Of a stretch of 64,000 bases of DNA, positions 1-13,983 are shown piece after piece. This DNA is from Bacteroidia bacterium (lineage in GTDB: Bacteria; Bacteroidota; Bacteroidia; M30B66). The first letter of the stretch is position 1, and every line of letters starts with the position of its first letter. Under the pieces are notes generated by a model, which saw only the letters and a program-made list of their open reading frames with translations, ran no database searches and was not told where the DNA came from. Made by a program: the position numbers and the translations under genes. The stretch covers positions 86,626-150,625 of the forward strand of contig CBDIHM010000003.1 of assembly GCA_965279035.1 (NCBI GenBank), in the 5' to 3' direction.

Positions 1-1096
1 TGGACCCGTAGATCATTGCGGAAACACTTGACTGCCAGTGCACCACATCTTTAAATTAGAATTACGTGCGTTATTTTGCTTCCACAATGTACGGTTGCGT
101 GTCAACTTGGCACATTTAAAATGTGATGAAACTTTGCCAAATTAATAATGTTGGGTTCGGTCTTTCCGGCCAGTGACGGGCGGCCCGGGTTGGTCGAACG
201 TGAGGACATCACCTCATGTGAACCAACGACTTGCGCTGCCATCGGCGATTCAAAAATTGCACGTTTCGAGCATCAGCGAGGGCCCACTTGGCGGAGATTC
301 TTCATCGCAATCTCCAAGACAGTCGGCAGCATCACAGCAGCAGCGCCGAAACAAGCACCGGCGATGAAAGACGAGTATCCCCATCCTGTCGACATCTTGT
401 GCACTCGATATGTTCAGGGGCGTCGTACACTGTGAATTCCACGTATTCTGAGCTCAATCGAAGTTCAGAGTGCCAAGTTCTTGGACCTTTCTTTCGTCAA
501 ACACGGCTCAGGGCTTTTACAGAACCTTGGAGTTTTTGTATGTGCCCCTTAGGGGATTTGGAAAAACATAGGTTTTGACCTGGTTGAAATTCACTCATTA
601 GAAAATGCCACTTTAATCCCTTTTCCACTGTACTTGTTCTGATGCTAGCACACCACAGCTTCAAGATGTTCTGCGCCGTTGACTTTCCAACAGGTTTCAT
701 GATGCCAGCATGGTCCCATTTAAATTTCAAATCCCAAATCCCAAGTTGGGGCCGATTGCAAGGAGCACGTCTTCGTATGATTTTCAAATTTGGCAGCTTA
801 GTGCCACACAGTCCGTTGGACATGCAAAGGCGGACCTCTCAGTGAGTGCTCCAAGGTGTTCCACATTCTTGGACATTAATGCATTATCTACACGAAATAC
901 TGGCCATGTCCTTTGTAGCAGCGCTTGTCAACAAAGCTGCAGCTGGTCTTCAACAAATTTGTTGGTTTAAACCAACCCAGCGTCCGATACTCAACGGTCA
1001 ATATTTTCCCCTGCTTTCCTCCTTGTCTTCATCTTGCTTCTCATGCAACCACTGAACAACATTTTTTGAGAACTGCACTGGGATCTCAGAGACACT

Positions 1097-3321
1097 CTAA
1101 TTGCCTTCCACTGTGCAGTGCTCCACCCAGCCGGTCTTGACGCACTTCACTCGCGGACGCTTTGGCTTTGGCATATCCGGCTGCACCTCAGACGCCGCTT
1201 CCAGCCACCAGGGCTTGTTTGCTTCTGCCCTCGGCCTTCTCATCCGCGCTTTGATCAGCACCCATTTCACACCAAAGACGCCCCATTTTGCAGCACCAAT
1301 CACACAATACCTTGCCGCCCTGCCCACAGCGCAGCCTGTGGCGCTCACATTCCTGACAGTGACCACCAGAACCGGCCGCGAGCCGGGATTCGCAAAGTGG
1401 AAATCCGCCATTGCAGCGCCGACCGCCACTGAAATGACCAGCGCGCTGAACTCGGCATTCGTGCGCACAATGCCTGCTCTGATTGCCAGCTGGCTGGCTG
1501 CGCAATATGCATCAGCGGCAGCTGCCAGGATTTTGTTGCGCGGCCTGGGTTCCTCTGGAACTGCATCTGGAAGTACAATTGGAGCCGGCTGCGCATGAAC
1601 GGTGCCGGGGATGTCAACTGCCTGGCAGCCGGCGGCTGTGAAGTGGGAGTCGGGGTCGCGCGCCGGCATGCGCTGGCCGCACACCCAGCAGACGTGCGTG
1701 CGGCAGACCGTGCACCTGCAGGGAACCCTCCGATCAGCAACGATGACATTTTATCAAAAGTTTCCCATCAGTCCGGGGGAGGCCTGACCAACATGATCCT
1801 GTTTATTGGCACTCACTGATGGCATGCTGGACAGATAGTCTGAGCAGATCTGACATATTGTTTATTGCGGTCTGCCAAACAGATTTGGTTCATTGAAGAT
1901 CCTTTCTCCTTTGAAAGGAGTGCTTTAGCTGAGATTAAATGGGTTCTAGCACCAATCCTCCAAGCATGTGTGACTGGGACATAATCAGAAATCTGACACA
2001 TTCCAGGGTAAAGAGAATTATTGGAAACACACTGTAGATGATTGCAGCCGTCAATTTTCTGGAGCCCATTGTTGCAGGTGGGGCAGCGCACAATCCTATT
2101 TGCGGCAGTGTACTGCTGAAAAGCATTGTCCACTGTCTGCTCACCCCTCTGCCTGGTGTAATGGTCACAGCTCAGCCCGCCATGCCAGGCCACCTGGCAT
2201 GCCTTGCACCAGGCATGCTCGCGCACGTTGCAGACCAGCATTGGAGCCTCTCCCTCTGCCACACCACAGGTGTAGTAACCATTATGTTGCACATTGAAGA
2301 CTTTACAAGAGCCGCATGGAAGACTTTACTACAGCTTGGATGAAGAAGGATTCACAGGTGATGACTCTAAAACAACCCAACAGGGAATGCAACGACTGAC
2401 AACAGCCAGCTATGCACCAGATCGCTGATTCACCTGATCAGTCAAATAGCACAGAGTTTATGTGGGCCGTCTTTGCTCGAGCAGAGCACTCAAAGTTTAA
2501 ATTTAAATTTAAGAGCTCACCTGCACAGTCAACGGCTGCTCCGTTGCAGTCTGGCTGGGGGCAGGGTACCATGTCAGGGCTAAATTGATTCCTGCTCGGA
2601 CGCTGCACTGCTGATACTGTGCATGCTCCGCTGGAGTGAGAAGCTGTGCCATGTCTGGGTCTAGGCAGCAGCACTCCTTGCCGGTGCTGGCGGATTGATC
2701 ATTCAATGGCTAGGTGCATCTGGCGCAGAGTGCTTCACCCCCGGCCTGGCAGATCGGGCAGGGGATGGGCAGGCTGGAGCCCCTGCAGAGGGATCACAGC
2801 ATCTGTTGGCTACAGGTGAACCCATGCAGAGCATCTGACAAGACGTGCTCTTCGCAGCAACGCTGTGGGCACAAGGTAAATACAGAATATGCCATGGACA
2901 CCTTTGCAGTCTCTAGCCTGCGCAAAGATCAGAATAGATTCTACAGCAACGCGCATGGATAATGCCAGTCCTGCTGACGGCTTGTACAAGGCAAGGGCTC
3001 TGCAGTCTCCCATTTGAAATCTGACCGCCTTTCCTTGCAAAGCTTTCCCCAGACTGATCCACACTGCCAGTAAAACAATGTATATGCTCACCTGATGGCC
3101 TGGAGCACTGTCTTCCTGGCAGCCTCCCGGCACATGCAGGAATGGCCGCACATGCTGGCTGTGAACAGTTCCTCCAGGGGGTGATCATCGAGGCAGACTG
3201 CGCAGCGAAAGGTACCGCCGCTGTCCTGGGATCCTCCAGGGAGTGTTGCAGGTCCTTGATTTGGTGCTGCCAAAGTGGTGGGGAGGACATTCTCACGTTT
3301 CGTCCTCAGCATTGTGACCAC
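1097..3321 (-). pseudogene. RBR (RING-IBR-RING, Ariadne/parkin-type) E3 ubiquitin ligase, disrupted; 5' exon(s) uncertain
   Basis: Spliced exons give RING1 (FRCAVCLDDHPLEELFTASMCGHSCMCRE...IPCPICQ), IBR (MVPCPQPDCNG...LVCNVREHAWCKACQVAWHGGLSC) and RING2 (IVRCPTCNNGLQKIDGCNHLQC...VCWVCG). There is an in-frame TAG at 2710-2712 and a 1-nt frameshift near 2582. Confidence 0.8.
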
Positions 3322-5524
3322 CTGTAAGCAAAAAACAGCCCATTCAAATCCCAGCATCTTGCACCGTGGCTTCCCACAGATATCGTCGAGGGTTTTCGTC
3401 TGGAACGGGTATGCATGCGCAAGCAAGGAATGCATTTTGAGAATGGCCCACGTTCTGCTCCAGTAAGACAAGATAAACTTGCACATCTCAAGCAATCTCT
3501 CACGATGCCTTTGAATATGGGCGTTGGAGGTGCATGGAGGAAGCGCTTGCGTCCGAGGTTCGAGTGATGCGGCAAGATTATTGCAACAAGTACAGCGCAC
3601 TGTGGCATCGGCCAGTGTAACATTGAATTTTTGACGAGATGCAAGAGCAGCGAAGAGTGCACAGCAGAGAACGTGTGGATCATCTCCACAGCATCAAAAG
3701 TCAAGGAAGAGCTCGCGCCCGGCCGTCTTGAGCGGATCAGTCAATTCAAAAAGTCTCAGTCGATCCTCCCTCACAAACTTTCAATACTTTTTAAATTGAA
3801 GTGTCTGGCCCCTCGTCTGGAAAGCAATCAAGGTAGCTACTCCCAGGTTACAGAAAGGCCGATCCTGCTTGCCAAGTTGATGAAGCTCTTATCTTAGTGC
3901 TTGAGATGTGTCACTGATGATTCCTCTACTTAATTGGTTCTCTTGTGCGTCTTCAAAAGCAACAATGGTACCTTGAAACGGGTGTCCAATTTCCACTAGG
4001 GAGCTGTGCAACATTCCATGCACCCTTGACACGCCTGCGAATAGACCTGCTTAGGTTTTGCTGATATCCAGAGTAAAGGAAGCTCATGCAACCTGAATCG
4101 CAGGGATGTTGGATTTGAAAAAAATGACTGCTTGCCATTACTAGTAGTGGGCAGATTTTAATGCTCCAGTGCGAGAGTCTGCAAGCTTTGACAAAATTAT
4201 GGGATTCCTTCGAAGCACTGTGTGCATGCATGTCCGAGCAGCCGCAGTGGTAATTGCCAATCCCTGTGGCACAGCCAGTGTGATTCCAACCTTTTATAAA
4301 ACTCCAAATTCCCAACCTCGATGTCAATACTCTTAGCAACCCCAAATAACCAGGGCAGCACACCAGTTGGTCATGCGGCTAAATCCCACATTCTAAACTT
4401 GATCAGCAGATTTACGGCAACTTGCAAACTTGAATGCTTCAAGTTTCCAATTTGTAACACTACTTGAACTTATGAAGCCCATCACCACACGAGCCTGCTA
4501 GGCACAATTTGAAAATTCACCAGCGAGCATGATGTTTGGCGGCATTCCACCACTGGCAGGGCCTGCAAAGCCTTGCATTGACAGAAGCCACACTGGCCAC
4601 CTCTATGGGCCGAGCCATCCGGAGCGCTGCACCGCCTGCATCTTTTCTGGCTTGTGTCCGTCAGACACGTCATGCGCCACCCATCCAGCAACGAACGAGA
4701 TAACAATCGCCACGCCTATGAAGATGAAGACGTCCAACAGATGAATTTCAGCAGTGTTTCCGTCTTGCCAATTCTGTGCTTGGGACAATTGTCTTTGCGG
4801 ATGTCCCAGTGCACTATCAGATTTGGGTGCAATCCCACGCGCTGCTTTTGCATTCGCCGGTACGTCAGGGGGCCTGTCAGCGAGATGAGCAGGTCATTCA
4901 ATATGCAGCAGGGTTGCATGCGTAGGCGTTTGGCAGCAGTTTAAAAGTGTGGAGTATCACGTTGACACCACTGGAACCCAATCAGGATTGCTAGTGCCCA
5001 AACGTACACGGCCAGAAATTCATGCCTTCAACTTCGTCCAATAGCGTCACTGCAAAAGGGCAGAACGTGTATCATACATGCATGCATGATGCTACAATCA
5101 TCACTCTTCAAATAAAACTTGCAGTCTTGTGTTTTCCAGGTGCCTTCACTTTGTCTGTCCTCAAAATGGTGTAACGTTCCCATGAAGAGTAATCTGTAGG
5201 GTGCAACCCCTGGACTGGCTCTAGCAGGGAGTTCTACATCTGGACTTATATATATTTACCACCCCTTCTCTCTAAGCAGAGGGATATGTTGCCTAGGGCT
5301 CAAAGCTGGTGTGAAGGATCGTGAGATCCATTCCCGACTCTATCATTTATCTATATCATTTATATATTGAGCTAAAGCTTCAGTGTGATTGTGGGTATGA
5401 GAACACTGAACAGGAGGATTTGTAGAGTGGCTTGCGTTCCTTCACATGAAGGACTTCAGAAGGAGAGCTCTAGATTTCTAATCAACAGATACCTTTCAGC
5501 TTGATCTCCTTCCTTTGATCCTCA

Positions 5525-8500
5525 ATGACCGCCGTATGGCTAGTCATTGCAGCCTTGGTGCGCACTTCGTTTTCTCTTAATACTGGATTCCGACTCTGAC
5601 ACAGCCTTCCTTTGGCCGAGGCCTCAACCTCTTCTGATTCTTCTGATAATTAAATGCACATCCTCTCCTACGCTATACAGGCAGCGCTGTGTCGCGATGG
5701 TATAGCGATAGAATAAGTAGATCCATCGCAGGTCACTCCCAATGGAAACAAGATGAAGCAAACCCTGATGCTATGTGCGTGCAGGTGGTGCTTCTGACGC
5801 TGTTGATGAGGTTTCTCGCCACCTGGTTTGCGAGACACGAGGAGGAAGCGAGCAAGGTGTCAGAGAGGTTCTTTGTGAGCCCAACATCCTTCCAAAAGGT
5901 GCGCACCAGCTGCAGTGTATGCCATCAATCGTGTGACGGTAAGTTTGTCAAATATTTCTGTGCGATTTCTCTCTTTAATGCAGCAGAATGAAAGATCCAA
6001 TAGTAGATGCTGGCTGGTGCAGATGCTCGCCCCGTCAGTATTCAGCGAGGCGACCAAGTCCCTGACTATTGTGGTCCCTGCATACAATGAGGAGGCGCGG
6101 CTACCTAGCACCCTGGATGAGACACTTCGGTGAGAACCAAACATGTCCACACTTTTGGGGCTCTTTTTCTTTTGCATGCAAGACAATGGGTTTTGACCTA
6201 AGGCACCCACGACTTGCCGCTGGTCCGCAAATGCACCATCCTTTTCATGGCATGAGATCATCCAGAGGATGATGCACAACATTCTGTCTTGATTCAATGT
6301 ATTAAGCCTCCTGATGGAACACAAACAGCCCTTTTGATCCATCAGATCTTGAGGTAGCAGCTTTACCTGCCAGGCAGCTCACATGAAGGCACCTGAAATG
6401 AAAGGCACGCATGCACTGCCAGGCCCGCATCAGTCAAGGGATCAGCACTTTGAGTCATGAAAGACAGGACACAGGCACACAGTGCAGACATCCTGCACTC
6501 AAGTAACTTCTTGTTGTGACTCTCTTTTGTGCTGCCAATGCAGGTATCTGCAGGGGAGGCGGGACAGGCAGGGGCCCAACTTCACGTACGAGGTGATCGT
6601 GGTGGACGATGGCAGCATGGACGCCACTGTACGGACGGCATTTGAGTACGTGCGCAAGCACGGCGTGGACGCTGTGCGCGTGCTGCAGCTGCCGCGTAAC
6701 TACGGCAAGGTGCGGCGGCGCAATCAACCGCTTCGGGGCTGTCTCAAATTGCGGGTGCAACTTGTGGTTATGTGCCACTGAAACAGGACCACAGCAAGTA
6801 GTGTCAGGGATATCCATATAAACGTGTCGGTTTTCAAATTAGGCAGACAGATTCAGATCACCACAGCTGCTCAGCTCTGCAGGTCCAAACTACGGCGAGT
6901 TCGGCAATGCTGGCATGATTCATCATGGAGGGCATTGTATTTTCGACAGGCTGGCATCTAACCATCCACGACAGTGTGTACACAGACCAGATGGATGGTC
7001 ACATTTGCTGTAGTGGGCATGCCTAATGCCACCTTTCACATCAAATAAAGATTAAGATACAAGCCTGTAGGATGTGTAATGCATGCTGCATGTTGTGGAA
7101 CAAAAAATGCCGGCGCAGGGCTCATTAAGTCTGGCATTGTTCTAGTTTCAGTGCTCTGTTAAAGATAGTCACTGGCGGCAACATGCATGGAGTAAAATGC
7201 TGTTGATGGCAGGGGACAGGTGCTGTTGTTGCCATGTGAGCCCAGCACCTTTGTCAGTACTGCAGAAGCTCATCCCCAGTCCAGAAGGAAGAGCGACAGA
7301 GCACCAGGAAGGGAGGAAGATCTGAAGGCATGCATTACAGGGGATTCAGCAAACCCAAGCTTTGGGAACCACCGGTGATCTTGATGATCCAGCACCAGGT
7401 GTCAGGAGATAAAAAAACCACCTGTGACACTCTATATGGTGAAGCTACAAAGGCTAAATGCATCCGCTACAGCTCTGACAATAAACACCCTTCTGCTGCA
7501 GGGGTATGCGGTGAAGGCGGGCATGCTGGCGGGCCGCGGCGAGCGCCTGCTCTTCATGGATGCGGATGGTGCCACCCGAGTCTCCGACGTGGAGAAGCTG
7601 GAAGCAGCGCTCGCCACAATCAGCGGCAAAGGCAAGCTGCAGCCCTCAACTGTGCACTGGTCAAAGCCCCAAAGCAGCACAGGGGATGTCGCTGCAATGT
7701 CCCACTGCCAGTGTGCATGGATGCTGAATATTCAGCTGGCTTATCCTTTAATGTTGTGTACTGTATATTGAGCATCTCTGGTTAGGATGTTTGGAATTCA
7801 TACATACATGGCCGCATGGCTGCATGTTGGGACATGCAACATTCTTTGTGTCAAAGCTGCCATTCTGACACAATGTGGGGCCACGATCCTCCAATAAGGT
7901 GGCACAACTACAGAAGAAAATCATTCGCGTTGGGGTACCAAAACAAATCCCTCTATTGCACACTCCAGGGGCGGACAATGGGGAGGGGCCCCCGGTGAGG
8001 AGGGTGGACAGAGCGGGGGGCGCGGCGGTGGCGGTGGGTTCGCGCGCGCATCTGGAGGCGGTGGCCATATCGCGGCGTACCTGGTACCGCAACTTCCTCA
8101 TGCATGGCTTCCACTTTGTGGTTCTCCTCGTCGCTGGCGGCGCCGTCAAGGACACCCAGTGTGGCTTCAAGGTGCCTCCTTTTCACTCCTGCAAATCGCT
8201 GGATCTGGTGCTTGATCTGCTTCACCTGACATCAAAGGCGAGGACGCAAAGAGATGCCTGGCTTGCTCTGTGGGGATCAATAAATGTACCCTCATTCAAG
8301 CAGCCGCAGTTCGTTGCCACAGAGCCCTGGACATTTGCTCTCTCTCCCTCGGGAGGATATTTAAGTTCAACAAGTGCATGCTGTTGCGGCGCGAACTGGC
8401 GTGACTTGCTTTCCTGGCAATGTTTCTAGGTATTCTTATGATGTGCATTGCACCAAGAGTGTATCAGAACGGGTGACTTGCACATGGCTCAACGAAAGAC

Positions 8501-9086
8501 CGATGTTCTATTCATGTGGTGATGTTCCCTGCGTGCATGCGCGCAGCTGTTCACAAGAGGGGCGGCGCGGGCGCTCTACAGCAATCAGCATCTGCAGCGG
8601 TGGTGCTTCGATGTGGAGCTCATATTTCTGGCGCAGCGGCTGGGCATCCCCATTGTGGAAACCTCTGTGAACTGGACAGAAATTCCCGGTGCGCTCTGTT
8701 TTACCTACCAAATATGACAATGGCTGCTGAAATCTCTTGTCTACATTTGTGTGTGATTTTGACGATGGCCTAGTTTCTACTTCTGTTCTCAACACCACAT
8801 GGGCTGGCAACCTTGGCTCCGCCTCGTTTGCAGAAGCAGAAGCAGACAGCCCGGCGGTTGCAACAGAGGCAACAGAAGGAGCGGGTTGGGCCATTCATAT
8901 GCTGTAGGGACTATACTTGAATTACAGTACAAAACAAAAATTACAAGTATTTGTTCATGGTGCGCAGGATCCAAGGTGTCCATATCGTCGATAGTCCACA
9001 TGACATGGGAGATGGCGGCCATCCTGATCGGCTACTCGTGGCTGGGGCTCTGGCATATAAACACCTCGGCGGGGATAGCGCAATAG
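5525..9086 (+). CDS. ALG5: Dolichyl-phosphate beta-glucosyltransferase (GT2), about 8 exons
   Basis: N-terminal TM segment, then SLTIVVPAYNEEARLP, YEVIVVDDGS, NYGKGYAVKAGML, LLFMDADGAT, GSRAHLE, DTQCGFKLF, RWCFDVEL and WTEIPGSKV across exons with compatible phases. Confidence 0.93.
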
Positions 9087-10267
9087 GACAGAAGGCTTTC
9101 CTGAATGGCAGTTCTGCGCGGCCCAGCGGCCAGCTTGGTACCGCGAACAGTGTTGCAATGTGAAGAGACATGCGCCTTCTATTTTACTGTATAGAGAATT
9201 CCCGGTTCTCTGGGCCAGTAGATCCACCAAGACCTAGTCCTAGCTTAAGGCAGTGAGCTGACCTTAAAAGAGCAGACATGCTGCAAGCACTTATAAACAT
9301 AGACAGCATGCATGTGTGTCTACAATTGGATATCATCTCTGACAAGTAGCTCTTGCCCAGGCACTGGGTAGATTTCCTCAATGGGGAAGCTGCAGCATGC
9401 ATCATGCTGTTTTTGCAGCCAAGTTGCAAATCGGCCATGCAAAGGGGGCTCGCAGAGATCACTTGAATACGCCTTTAAAAATGCATATAACATCTGCGCA
9501 ATGCCCTCTTGGCAATTCCTTCATGTCAGCTTTCGTGAAATGTGCGCCGTGCATGGTAAGATTGAGCCTGCATAGCACTGCAAGGGAAGCCATCCTTCAC
9601 CACTGGTAGAAATCTGCAGACCCTGTTGGGCTGATGACACGCCCCGGAACCGATTGTTGCCAAAAAGCTCCAGCAGCACACAACTGCATAACTTCTACAG
9701 AAACCTATTAACACAGTCCGAACACGGTTGAATTCAGGACAGGAGCAGCTTGTGCCTCGCAAGGTAGAACAGGTAAGGAAATGCCCAGGACTAAAAGCGA
9801 TGGTAGCTTAACATATATAACATTCAAACAAATCAGTCACATTGTGGGTTCTCACCCACCTTCTCTCGTGCCTTTTAGAGATACGTAACCGCTTTTCACA
9901 ACCTTCGCGGGTTCCCAGCTATTGCAGCGACGATGTATCTCGCATTTTCTCGATAACATCAGACAGTTCTACACAAGGGCCCTGCGCTATGTGCACTGTT
10001 GCTCTTTCTGCAGAGAGTTGAGATTGCTTGATTGTGCTGCTCCAAAGCCAATTGTGAAGACATTCAGCGAGGGGCTGAAGCTATTATTGCTGTATTCGAA
10101 GGCTGTAACAATGTACATCAAGATGTATGGACAAGTGATGGTCTGCCGTTGCTGCCAGGCTCCCGCACGGCCACAGTCCTTCAGAAAGTGCATGTACGCA
10201 TCCTGTAGAGCAATTGCACAGCATACATCTGCAGATATCGTGCATTAAAACCGAAAAACTTGCTGGT

Positions 10268-10376
10268 CTATTTCTGGCCTATGTTCTGGCCGAGGAATGG
10301 CCGACAAAGGAAAATATGGGCCATTCCCGGCCACACTTCGGCCAAATAGGCATTGGCCGAAGTCTGGCCGAAATAG
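10268..10376. repeat. Y-shaped fold-back: outer inverted repeat enclosing two internal hairpins
   Basis: ctatttctggcc pairs with ggccgaaatag; tggccgaggaatggcc with ggccattcccggcca; acttcggccaa with ttggccgaagt (perfect 11 bp). Confidence 0.75.
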
Positions 10377-10864
10377 GGGGTTTCGGCTGTTCCTCGCCCG
10401 TCCGATATATGCCCTATGATTCGTAGCCAGTTGGCAGCTCACCGGTTTTGCAAATGTTATAACAGCACTCATAAAACCCTCCAGGATCCCACATCATCAG
10501 GAAGGGACACGGAACAAAAATATCGGCTCGGCTCACTGCATGAACCAGCTGCCTGGTAGGTTCAAGGAGGGAAATCTGGAAATGACACCTGTCGCTCCGC
10601 CTGTTTTGGCTCCCGGGGTTGACGTTGTCCATGTGTGTCCCGCTGACATCATCAATCAGCAGGACAAAAGCCACCAAGGAAAAAGGAGCTCTTCTGCACT
10701 TTAGCATGACATAACTCAATTGCAGCTCACTCCTCCCAGCATTGCTGTAGACAGATCCGCACCTGGGCTCCTCAGCCAGGCCAGTACAGCCACGAGGCAG
10801 TGCGTGAAACAGAGAACTTTCTGATTACGTTTACATTGGAGCCTGTACTTCCTAGAGCTGCATC

Positions 10865-13800
10865 ATGGCGGAGATGACCGCAGAGCAAGGCACAAAGACA
10901 TTATGGATGGGAGACCTCGCCTACTGGATGGACGAGTCCTTCATTTACAGTATCTTTGTTGGTGCGCCCAGTGGATCTTGGCCTGCTATCATTGGTTTTG
11001 ACAGCCGTTGTCTGTGCCTTCTTCATGCGGCCTATGCCTTGCCTTAAGACATTTTTTCCACAAGTAATGAACTGTGCGTGATGCATGCCCTGCGAGAAGC
11101 TAGCCCTGACCCCTTCGAGATCGTGGTAGTCATCTTGATGTACATCTTGCCAAAAACTCTCTTCTTGTGACTCAGGGTCGCTGCTGGATGCAGGCACTGG
11201 TAACCTGGTGAGCGTCAAAATCATCAGGAACAAGAATACAGCAGTGTCAGAGGGGTACGGATTTGTGGAATTCGCGACGCACGAGGCCGCAGAGCAAGTC
11301 CTGCGCACATTCAACGGCTGCCCCATTCCCAACACCGACCAGATTTTCCGCTTGAACTGGGCAGCCTTCGGAGTCGGCAAAGTTACAACCGACTGTAAGT
11401 TCCCACCTTTCTGTATCGTACACACGCTGGGGGGACAAGAATTGTGTGCCACCCATTGCGCGACCAGCCAAAGTCGCTGGCCTCCGTGAGCTATTTGCGG
11501 GCATCCCTTTGCTGCTATTACGGTCCTATCCGACTCAAAAGAGCTTTCTTGTCGATTGCTGGCTCCAAAAAGATCGCGCAAATTTGGTTGGCAGACACCT
11601 GTCGGCCATGCTGCATGCCCCCTTCAGTGCTCTGACTGCTGCCTTCCAATGCTGTGCAGCTGACTACTCCGTCTTCGTTGGCGACCTGGCCCCAGATGTG
11701 ACGGATTACGCTCTCCAAGAACACTTCAGGCAGTTCTTTGCCTCTGTGCGCAGCGCAAAGGTGACCTGCATGCATTTCTAATTTACACTGAACTCCCTCA
11801 TCCTTCCTGCTCTTTGGGTAGCAGGATCTGTAGACCATTTTCAATTGCTGTTCCCTTCTGGCTCTCATTGTGGGAAAGAATCATCTGCATGCCATTGAAT
11901 GCAGGCTGCTGAGACCTGTTGCGTGGCGCTGTGCAGGTGATCACAGACCCCTTGACAGGGCGTTCGAAGGGATACGGATTCGTGCGCTTCGGCAATGAGG
12001 CGGAGAGGGATCGCTCGCTGACTGAGATGTCTGGCCACGTCATCAACAGCCGCCCCATCCGCGTCTCCATCGCCACCGCCAAGAAGAGCCAGACCGCCAC
12101 CATGGTAAGCGCACTTGGATCAATTGCCAGTTGTGATGGCTGTCCCACTACTAGCATTCCTGGCTGAAGCTTCTGCATTGCTGTGATTCAAAAACCTGCT
12201 CCACAAAGGCCTGCAAACCTCTTGAGTGTGCTGCTTTTGGTGGCGCCAACTCTTGAGACACACCATGGACTTCGTTTCTATGTCGCGCACATCAGCCAAG
12301 CCACCAAAACAGTGTCAGAATTTTGATTTCGAAAATTTTCGTTTGCGCGCGCAGGGTGCCCCGGCGCCGGTGGCGTCGCAGCCGCACCCGTCGGACTACG
12401 ACCCGAACAACACCACGCTCTTCATCGGCGGGCTCTCATCGGGAGTCTCCGAGGACGATCTGCGCGTGCTATTCGGCCGCTTTGGAGACATCGTGTATAC
12501 CAAGATCCCGCCCGGCAAGGGCTGCGGCTTCGTGCAGTTCGTGCAGCGGCCCGCCGCTGAGTCCGCCATGGCGCAGATGCAGGCGCGCTGCAGCCCTTCC
12601 CTTTTTGTAATCTGCATTGTGTGACAATTCTATGTGGAGCTATTCTGTTGGCATGGCATGCACACTGCCATAGTTGCGGGCCAAGATTGCTGATGCCCGA
12701 CTGCCAGGCGATGTTGGCCCTTGGAGTTGGCTGGTGCATGCCATGCCAGATGACTACGGAGACTTTTACTGAGTCTGAACCTCCAAATACCCACTTCATG
12801 TACACTTTCCGTGTGTGCTTGAGACTACTATCTTGATAGAACAGGGGATGCTGGAGATGAGATGTACTTGACTGCGGACACGCCTGACGGTTGCAGCTGT
12901 GGTTGAACAGGGTCAGATCCTGGGCGGGTCGACCATCCGCATCTCCTGGGGCCGCTCCAGCACTTCGCGTGCCGCCGTCAATGCGGCAGCCGCCGCAGCC
13001 GCGCCCTACCCAGGGGCGTTCCCTGCGGCCGGCGGCTACGGCGCAGCCGGCGCGGCCACCTACGGTGAGGCGCCACTGCATGTTTTGATCACCCCGAAAA
13101 CAGCAGGTTGAGTTTGATTTTTTCAGCAAGGGGTTTCTGACCGTATTGAGTCAATGTGCGGCAGGAGGAGATGACCAGCGGATGGATGGTGTGACTGTTT
13201 GGATATTTCATGCAGCACTGATCAGCATTCGTATATTGCGCATGTATGCAGGGCCGTACATCAGTTGATCCAGTACTGCAATGCTTCGTAGTCTTGAAAC
13301 TTACCGCATTCGCATCAGGTTTGTGGCTTACCATGAGACAAGCGTTCAAGCACAGGTCTGCATTGCACAGGAATCGGCGCTTTTGATGCAAATGGCTACG
13401 GCAGTTTTGGCGCTGCCCCGGCCGCAGCCACGGCGACCTCGGACCCGTACTCGGCGTACTATGCGGCTGCTGCCTCCCAGAACCCTGATGCCAACCTGTA
13501 CCAGGTGCGCTGTGCAGCACCTAGCTTTATAACGGGAGCATACCTGTCAAGTGAGCAAGCGTCGTGCTGTATGTTGCATCCTAAAGGAAAAAGGCAGCTA
13601 AAGCTCAGGAGAAGAATATTGTTCACCTCATGATGTTGCTGTCCTGTGTGCCCTCTTCAGGTTATTCTGTGTCAGAATTGGTTGCAAAGGCTATTTCCCA
13701 ATTCTCCTGGGTCTTGCAGGGAGGGCTTCCTGTGCAAATGGACTAGAACAAGAGGCATGTTCATTGTAAATAAGCTGACGGATTGGTGTGAATGCTTATG

Positions 13801-13983
13801 CAGGGCTTTGGTACGGGCGGCCTCGGCGGCTTGCCAGGGGCGGGATTCGGCGCGGGCGGCATGGGCCTGTCATCCAAGGAGAATGCTTTTGACCCTCTGG
13901 CACCCATCGACGTGGAGAAGCTCAACGCCGCCTTCATCAGCCGCCACCAGGCCGCGCTGCTGGGCAGCCACCTCAGAGCTTAG
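10865..13983 (+). CDS. RBP47: RBP45/RBP47 (Nam8/TIA-1-like) triple-RRM RNA-binding protein
   Basis: KTLWMGDLAYWMDES; GYGFVEF...FRLNWA; DYSVFVGDLAPDVTD; GRSKGYGFVRF; DPNNTTLFIGGL...GKGCGFVQF; IRISWGRS; C-terminal DPLAPIDVEKLNAAF. Confidence 0.9.

Noticed and set aside
211-395. Possible small minus-strand membrane protein MSTGWGYSSFIAGACFGAAAVMLP...
   Set aside because: About 44 aa with no recognisable homology; not supportable from sequence alone.
4603-4788. Short ORF with a TM-like stretch (VFIFIGVAIVISFVAGWVA)
   Set aside because: No clear start, splice model or family match.
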